Shown here: one piece after another, positions 56,366 to 64,000 of the stretch
Position numbering within the stretch: position 1 is the stretch's first letter
Layout of the letters: the number at the start of each line of letters is the position of its first letter
Assembly (NCBI GenBank): GCA_008632985.1
Contig: QPGO01000042.1
Span: forward strand, 124,001-188,000
Direction of reading: 5' to 3'
Source of the DNA: Psammoneis japonica
Lineage: Eukaryota
DNA length: 64,000 nucleotides
Translations under genes and position numbers: made by a program
Notes under the pieces: generated by a model
What the model saw: the letters and a program-made list of their open reading frames with translations, nothing else
The model's database searches: none
Told to the model about the DNA's origin: nothing

Positions 56366-59300
56366 CTATTCTTTCAATCGCCATTTCCCTCCTTCAATTC
56401 GGGCCACGGAGATAAGCAATCGTCTGAATATCGCAGCATCGCTGTGTGGAATTGAGTCGAACTTGCTTAAAATATCATAGGTGCTAGGTCCGCCTCCTTG
56501 TCGGCGGCCGCCACGGTCGGCAATAAACTTTCTCACAGATTTCATCAATTCTGCGTATTTCTGTGTATCCCCATTCGTAGACAACTGGGAGGAACCGGAG
56601 AATTTTGAAGCAGATGCAACGTCATCGCCTTGTTTCCGCAGACGGGACAAAAGGTCTCCGCTTGATGGAGGAATGGCGTTGCTTCGAACGTTTGAAGATA
56701 TGTCGATGCCTTTTCCACCAATGCCATTGTGAGCTGTGCCTGACAAAGTAGCAGCAACTGACGGAGAACTGCTGCCGAATCTTCCAGGTTTTGTCTCGGA
56801 AGAACCTGTCCACGTTGGCTGAAAACTGGTCGCGTCAGGCGCACTGAATTTAAGTGCCGAGGCTGCTTCTCGTGCAACGCGCTTGGCCTGTTCTTCCATT
56901 TCAACCGCTGACGCTGTTTTCTTCGAAGCTGGGTTGTCGATGAAATCGTGATCAAAGATGCCTGCCAATCCTCTGCTTTTCATCACGGTTTCAAGTGTGT
57001 CCTCGTTTTCTTCTTCCTTTGAATTCCTGTCGCTTTCGTCAGGGTCGACGACGCCTCCTCCCAGCGTTATCTGACCGGTCTCTGTGAGTCCGTGCCCCCC
57101 ATTCGTTACACTCCCAACGTCAGCCTTCAGGGTGAAAAGATCTCTTAGGTCTTTCTGTGAAAACAATCTGCGTTGTCGGGGATCTTGAAGAATTTTGTTG
57201 CTGAGAGCTGTCTTGAAAATCTGCCGATGGTAAATCTTTGGAATAAGTTGATCGGAGTCAAAAAAGTAAGCTTTGATTTTTCTGGATAAAAGCATTTCAT
57301 CATACAATGTTGGCTTACCTTCTCCTCCACGGTCCCTGCTGTGATGAGGCGATACACTGTAACAGGATTCTTTTGCCCAAAGCGCCAAGCCCGTTCTCGG
57401 GCTTGGGCATCTGTCTGCGGGTTCCAATCTGATCGAATTCTTTGAGGAATGTTTCAAGCCACACGATCAACAAAAAAATTCATTTCGCTTACCTGGATCG
57501 TAGAGTATGATCCGATCTGCTCCTGTAAGGTTCAGACCCACGCCACCAGTCCTAGTTGTAAGAATCATTCCAAAATAAGACTCATCTTCGTTGAATGAGT
57601 CAACAAGCTTCTGACGGCTCGCTACACTTGTGTTTCCGTCCATTCTACCAAATTTCCAGCCCTGCACTGACGTAAATCTCTCGATAATGTTTAGCATTTT
57701 CTTCCATTGACAAAAAATGAGGACTCGATGCCCCTGCTTCCGCCAAAGAGGAAGAATTTTCGCAAGTACTTCTAGCTTTCCAGATCGTTCAATCATTGAA
57801 TCTTCTTCCTCAATGCTATCGCTTTCATCCTCGTCAGAAGTAATCTCGTCTGTCTCTTTCACATAGCCGTTGCGAACAAACGACTGAAACGACGCGTCGT
57901 CTGCTCCGCACACAAGATCTGGATGGTTGCATATTTTTCGAAGCACTGTTATCGAACGAAGAAGTTGAGGGGATCCGCGCATTATGTTTCTTACTTCGTC
58001 GGACTTTAGGTAGGCTTCGTAAATCGCCCTTTGCCGCGAGCTTAGACGGCAGAAAAGAACTTGTTCTGTTTTCCCGGGCATTCTTGTTTGGGATAGTGCA
58101 GAAAGGACTTCATAAGAAACTGGAGGGATGCACAAACGTTGAAACACTAAGGATTCTCACCGATTGACTTCTTTGACATCTTTCTTCCGACGTCTTAAAA
58201 GGTAGGGATTTATCAGATCTCGCAGAACAAGCGAACATCTGTAGGCTAATTGTACCTGCATTGGCGATGCATTGCTGTACCCCCCTCGTTTAATGGGATC
58301 AGCAAACTCGGTTTCAAACGTAGGCAGTGTTCCAAGACGACCGGGAAAAACGAAATCAAACAAGCTCCAAAGTTCACGAAGGTCATTCTGTATCGGCGTT
58401 CCTGAAAGAAGCAGCCTATGGGGTGTCCGTAGCCTCTGAACAAAACGAAATGAAGCATAAGGATGAGAAGTAAATGCACGGTTAAGTTACACTGCTTATT
58501 CAGGGATGGCATACCTTACAGGCGAGGGTGACATCGGCGTCGGGATTTCTTATTCGTTGTCCCTCGTCTAGAACACAGTAAGACCAGGTGTGACTAGTCC
58601 ATATGTCGGGTGACATCCGGATGCTTTCGTACGTTGTCACCATGACGTATCCTGTTCCGCAAAATTTGTGATCGTCGTGGTCATCCAAGTCTTCCTCGTC
58701 TATTGGTTCATTGAGGTAGTCAGCCCTTGCCTTGACTAGCCATCTCTCTAGTTTTCGAATTAGTTTCGTCGAAATAGCTCTGGACAACCCATCACTTTCT
58801 CCAGACTTGTGTACAAGGACACGTCTTAGCCCTGGGGCCCACGTTCTTAGCTCAGATAGCCAATGTGAAAGCATGGTAGCCGGAGCCACAACCAGGACTG
58901 ACTTCAGTTTTCGACAAGAAGCCATGGCACCCAGATATGAGCAAACTTGCACTGTTTTTCGAAGAAGCGCAGGTAAAAATAAAGCACAAGAAACGAGTAT
59001 CACAAACACGCACGGAGATTCATGGCTTACCGGTCTTTCCTAAACCCATTTCGTCTCCAACTTTTCATCACAACAAAGAACTTCGTTAGTTGCGAAGCAG
59101 CTCTTGCAGGATAAGAGGAAACTGCGAAACTTACCAATACCGCCAGCACCTTGAGTGTGAAGCTCCCACATCCAGCGTAGTCCAGTGCGTTGGTACGCAA
59201 ATAGTCTGTCATTTATCCAGCTTGGGATGAAAAGTCCCCCATCGTACTCCTCCTCTCCAGGCGGAGTTTCGTTGTGATCTCTTTCGGACATGTCCCGCAT

Positions 59301-60434
59301 ATTCTCAAGACCAGATTCAATCCATTCATCGACTCTATCTTCGTATTCAAAATCATTCAAATCGTCCAATGCTGGCATGGGTACCCGTTGACGAACGACT
59401 CGTCGTTTCTTCTTGCGCGGTTTTGCTGCTGTCGCTGCCTTCCCTGTGGGTGACGGCGCAGAAGTAGAATGATCTTCTGAGCACTTGCGCATAGTACTAC
59501 TTCTTCTGCTGCGAGTTCGCCTTCCCTTCCGTTGGCATTCATCCATGTGTCGCGACAAAATCGCGTCGGCTTCTGATGTTTCTTCGGTCACCTGTACGGG
59601 TTGCTCACAAAGTGGACATTGGACAGTAGGGCCTGACTGCTCCAAAAGTGATTCTGCTGTGTCCTCTTTGTCTGTGTCAGAAGGTTGTTCGTTGTGTTCA
59701 GACCCAAACTCAACTTCTTCGTCACTGCTACTGACAGTATCCTCCTCTTTCTCCCATCGACTTCTTCGTAGCCGCTTTCTTTCATCTCGCTCTTTTCGTC
59801 TCTGTCGCAGCATGTCTCTTGTCGCCGGATCGGCCGTCTCGTCTCGTACCAACTCATCACATTGCCCCTTCTTCCGTTCCATCATAGTCTTACGCTTCCG
59901 TTTTCTAATGGGTTGTGTTGACGAGTCTTTCTCTATAGTGGAGGAAGATGCAAATCGAACGGATTTCGTTCCAGTTGAGGTTGCAACTGTGTTTTCCATT
60001 CGGTTCCCTCCTTCTTCGCCAGAACCCGGTGGTGATGCTGGAGATTTGAGCTTTTTGGACCACTTCTCTTCCAGAGCTACTTCCCTTGCCGCATGAATTG
60101 GTAACTCTTCAGGTGTTAATCGCTGCTTTAGAATTGTCAATAGCATTTGTTCCTTTATCCTTCCGATGTGGGACCCATCATCGTGCGTCTTCGAAAGTTC
60201 CGATCGCGTCTTTGACAGAACAGCTCGCATATGAGATACATCACTATCAGCCCACTTGTTTGTCTTTGAGTCGAAAGACGGCAGCACAGCTTCGATACCC
60301 TCCGGAAACCCAACGCCATTAAGCTGCGGTGCAGAATCGAGAGTAGCCTGCTGTAACACACCCTCTTCATATGCATCCATCGATGCCACAGCACCACCCA
60401 CCGAGGCCAACAAACTAGCTTCGTTGTCCGCCAT
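56366..60434 (-). CDS. ERCC6: ERCC6/CSB (Rad26) SNF2-family helicase, multi-exon
   Basis: [105 protein letters not shown]-terminal winged-helix-like region. Confidence 0.93.
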
Positions 60435-60906
60435 TGTATATCTAAAACGCTTTACGCTTTCACGATGATCCACACAACACGGGCGTAGGACTGAGACACC
60501 TCTGTTCTCCGTTGGTGTTTTGTGATTTCCTGTTACTGTTTCGTGTTATGGTTTCGTCGTGACTGCTGACTGCGCTGTTGAGTTGTTTTCAGTTTCGTTC
60601 CTGCCGCATGCCACCGTCGTGCGAGAATAGAAAAGAAGGCGAGCTCGAGCTCCTGAATCGGGGGGTTATGTAAGGGGGATTTACTCGAAGATATCTATGT
60701 AGAAGGTAGAAGTACGGTAGATTACTTATTTCAAATATGCCCAAGTACATGGAGGCAGGCAATATGCTTCTAATATCCCCCCCCCACTCAAACAACTTGT
60801 CACGAGCTCGAGATCTCATCTCACGCACCGCACACAACACACACCGGAAAGGGGTGTTGCATCACACGCATCACTCCGCTGCGAGTCTATCATACATCAT
60901 ACCTAC

Positions 60907-63087
60907 ATGTCCCCGACGATGAAAGATCTGACGACCTCTGAAGCAATCCAAAAAGAGCTGTCGAACCTTGAACAGTCGCTGGTAGCAAACAAACGCAGAC
61001 AGGAAAGGTTGTCAAAGGGAGGCAGTAACGCGACAAAAAATGATGAATCGAGGCCGCTACGGCTCATGAAATTGGAACTTCACGTCGAATGCATGGCATT
61101 ACAGCAGGATCTTTCAATATGGGGAAAGAGCTTCGTATCTATGAATTCTGGCGATGATCTTGTCAACGACATTACTCAGTGTCTTGGTCTTGGACAGCTA
61201 CTGTGTCGGCATCCACCAAATTTGTCGCATCCGTCAGACTACGGGGATCTCTACACGGCGGTTTTCCAGCGAGAGTATCAACCTCTTCGCCACTACACAC
61301 GTTCACGAGTCATAGGTCTACTCAGAAAGGCCCTTCAAGCAGAAGGTTATCCGTCAGAGGAAGGATGCCAAGCTCTTTTATATCAATTCCAAGCTTATCA
61401 AGAACATCCTACTAATGATGAGAAGACGGTAGCGTGGTGCTGTGATTTCCTGACACGTTTACAAGTTCAACATTTGCAGGTTGCGGCTCACTTGAACCCA
61501 AACAGTGCTCAAAACAACAGATCCGACGTTGTCGTAGAACTCTGTCGACCGTTGCTGGAAAGAATGCGATTTCACTTTGTGCAGGTGGCTCCCGATCGAA
61601 TTACGTCATCTCGCCTTGATCGCTTGCCGGAGTGGCTCTGTAACTATGTTCGAGAGCATGTCTTTGAGGGAGGTCCATGGGAACTGGTTGTTGATGGCGT
61701 TGCCTCCATTCTTGAGGGAGGACCGAATATGGAAAACACTGCCATGCAGTTTTTAAGCGAAGTTGTTCATTTGACACAATCATTGTTGACCGAGCGCAGC
61801 TTCTTTCGTCATGACGCTGTTGCTGGACCAGATTCGAGCCCTCGAATCTTGTGCAATGCTATCGAACAACTTTTGACCTTTGACAGCTATGTAAGAGAGT
61901 TAGTCCCTGAATCAGTTCTTCAATGTCCAGGGTTGACAGACATGAATGTTGGGGCAGATGATGAGTTGTGGAATTGGTGGCTTGGTAGAGAAAACGAATA
62001 CATCCTATCGGCATTATTTCAGGCTACCATGGGGCAAACTCGCACTACTCTTCTCTCACCACGCTCCGAGATCTTTTGTGCTCTTATGCAGTCAGCCGTG
62101 AGCAAGTCACGCGTATTGTCTCCTCCGTTGGCGTCTGCCTACATTGCTCGAGTGGCCGTTCCTGCATGCATGGAGTTCCTTGATGCCATACATACATCAT
62201 CGAAAGATTTAAAGTCTCTACTGTGTCAGCGTGGTGCAGACTTGGAGAGTAACACCACTTGCTGGATGGAAATTATAAATGGAACGCACTTGGCATCGCT
62301 CGTTTTGGTGTCGACGTCGTGGGCCGAGAGGCAGGAATCGAGAGAAGACTTGGCAAGAGTTGGTCGATCCATGGAGCGGCTTCGTGATGTGCTGGTGGAG
62401 GAGTTCGCAACAACCTTTGTCGAAATAGTTTTGATGGAAAGGGCGAAACTGGCTTCCTATCTCATGAGATGTCCGCATTTGCTCTCGACTTCCAATGTCG
62501 TGCTCGAGGACCCAAGTCTGTCGGAAGAGCTACACGATGTCATCGCTATGCTATCTAAAGTTGTTACTTGTTGCAACACCCATTTGCAGGCAATCAGTTC
62601 ATCCGACATTGAATCCTATCGAATTTCGGAAAAACACCCAGATGCGTTGATTTTTGCCCCCAACGCTGTCATGGACAGTCTCGCCAACATGGTGCCCGAC
62701 AAGTTCCTCGAGGTTGCCTTGGATGCTCATGGAATGACACCCGACATCGTACTCGGCGGCGCAACTCAGTTTCGTCGGGATGCGCTCCTCGTTGTCAAAA
62801 TTTTTGAATCAGAGAAAAAAGTATCCTGTCGTCGCCTCCTGGATGTGACGAAGTTCATGTCAATGACGTGTGAGTGGCTGCATTCGTTGCGCGAGGCCTT
62901 GTTGGGTTTGGTTCAATTCCAAGTCGGCTCCGCGGACAACCCAGGAATACTCTTGTATCAGCATTTTTCCTCGGACAGTACACTGTTCGAGGAAGCCAAG
63001 AGTATGATCGACGCAAAAGGCTTTACGAATCTAGAGTTGGAAGATGCTTTATCGATATTGAATCGTAGAAAAGATTCATTTCTCTAG
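60907..63087 (+). CDS. RINT1/Tip20-like tethering complex subunit (726 aa)
   Basis: RMRFHF...TSSRLDRLPEW resembles the RINT1/Tip20 RFxYHF...TNRxDKPEW motif; GATQFRRD near C-terminus; helical protein. Confidence 0.65.
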   Translation: MSPTMKDLTTSEAIQKELSNLEQSLVANKRRQERLSKGGSNATKNDESRPLRLMKLELHVECMALQQDLSIWGKSFVSMNSGDDLVNDITQCLGLGQLLCRHPPNLSHPSDYGDLYTAVFQREYQPLRHYTRSRVIGLLRKALQAEGYPSEEGCQALLYQFQAYQEHPTNDEKTVAWCCDFLTRLQVQHLQVAAHLNPNSAQNNRSDVVVELCRPLLERMRFHFVQVAPDRITSSRLDRLPEWLCNYVREHVFEGGPWELVVDGVASILEGGPNMENTAMQFLSEVVHLTQSLLTERSFFRHDAVAGPDSSPRILCNAIEQLLTFDSYVRELVPESVLQCPGLTDMNVGADDELWNWWLGRENEYILSALFQATMGQTRTTLLSPRSEIFCALMQSAVSKSRVLSPPLASAYIARVAVPACMEFLDAIHTSSKDLKSLLCQRGADLESNTTCWMEIINGTHLASLVLVSTSWAERQESREDLARVGRSMERLRDVLVEEFATTFVEIVLMERAKLASYLMRCPHLLSTSNVVLEDPSLSEELHDVIAMLSKVVTCCNTHLQAISSSDIESYRISEKHPDALIFAPNAVMDSLANMVPDKFLEVALDAHGMTPDIVLGGATQFRRDALLVVKIFESEKKVSCRRLLDVTKFMSMTCEWLHSLREALLGLVQFQVGSADNPGILLYQHFSSDSTLFEEAKSMIDAKGFTNLELEDALSILNRRKDSFL

Positions 63088-63302
63088 TTCAAGGATTGCT
63101 TCGATTGCTTTTGCTACGTATGATTAGCTATAAGGGATGAATCCGTAACCCTTTCGAAAAAGCGCTTGGGTGTTCGATGACGTCTGATATATGAGATGCC
63201 GTGAGAAAGTTGAAAACTTCCCTGAGTTCCTTCGCGAAGAACGCGTCACAATTCTCGATACACACAACGTCGTACTCGTACCTTCCCAAACATTAATGTA
63301 TC

Positions 63303-63988
63303 TTAAACCTCAAACTTGACTTCATTCTTAAATGAACTCCCACTCGCGTAAGCTGCGATATGAAGAAGGAGCAAGCGATTGATTAGAAAACATCTTGCCG
63401 ATGGTCTGCAGTAGGTTGGAAAGCTCTGGAGACGCATCATTACTTACCGTCCTTATGGGATTGATATTTAAGTGGAGTCTTGACAATATCAAGTGCACGC
63501 TTCCATCTTCCACCGACTTGAGTGCACGCCTCTTGATCACAGCTCTTCAGCCAGAGAGCAATTCGGTCCTGCGATTTTCGGATAGACACGACCGCTCCGC
63601 AGACTTGATCTCCGTTGAGATCTAACGTTTCTCCAATCACAGCCAAGACTGTGTATAACCACCACTCATCGCATCTCCCCGCCTTGGAATCTTTTTTAGG
63701 CATGGTCAAGACAAATTTTCCTCCATCCTTGTTGGCCGGGTCTTCCCACATGGGTTCCACACCCTCTCGAAACACGTGATAATTGGAATTGAGTGCCAAT
63801 TGTGACGCGGGTTTGACATTATTGAATACCCGCCAAAACGTCTCAACATCATCAAAAGTTCCGCAGTTCTTCAAATTGTCCTTCCAGTCACTGCCGGCAG
63901 GTGCTAATCGAGGGTTGTCGTACCATAATACCCATCTGCGATGCAGCGGAACAGCGGGGGGAACTTCGTCTTGTGATTCACTAGCCAT
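63303..63988 (-). CDS. eIF4E: Eukaryotic translation initiation factor 4E; intron near 63447, last exon ends SGSSFKNEVKFEV*
   Basis: PLHRRWVLWYD, VETFW, YHVFREGVEPMWEDPANKDGGK, GAVVSIRK..DRIALW. Confidence 0.95.
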
Positions 63989-64000
63989 TTTTTGCTAACG

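Noticed and set aside
59485..60096. 203-aa plus-strand ORF and similar antisense ORFs over ARM, gyrB and BIO2
   Set aside because: These are antisense shadows of well-supported genes.

Overview
Eukaryotic, intron-containing genomic DNA, most likely from a diatom. The evidence is short GT-AG introns, signal peptide + ASAF-like plastid targeting motifs and diatom-type transposon proteins; the species cannot be named from sequence alone. About 20 ordinary nuclear genes are present (CCT7, Gnt1-like GlcNAc transferase, eIF2B-beta, flavin amine oxidase, 2OG-Fe(II) oxygenase, ketopantoate reductase, ARM-repeat protein, organellar GyrB, LON-N-like, SGNH-like, LtrA-like, RPS24, YebC/TACO1, biotin synthase, CaM-lysine methyltransferase, XPG/Asteroid-like nuclease, SDR, ERCC6/CSB, RINT1/Tip20-like, eIF4E). 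They are interrupted by four repeat/transposon domains (~15.9-26.5, ~34.9-40.2, ~47.2-50.1 and ~52.0-56.3 kb). The most striking signal is that these domains are almost free of BOTH CpG and TpA and are saturated with TpG/CpA. CpG loss fits 5mC deamination. The TpA loss is context-specific (TAY/RTA erased, YTAR spared) and turns conserved Tyr codons of the transposon proteins into Cys/His. This points to a repeat-targeted A:T>G:C hypermutation process that runs opposite to fungal RIP. Other notable items are a tandem triplicated 1.77-kb element with TIR-like ends, an 8-bp flanking direct repeat and a perfect terminal hairpin; a decayed DIRS/Ngaro-like retroelement; a large Sola-like DNA transposon with cargo ORFs; and TA/CG-rich palindromic CTAG tracts in intergenic DNA. 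All dinucleotide counts were done by eye and all family assignments come from motif recall, not database searches.
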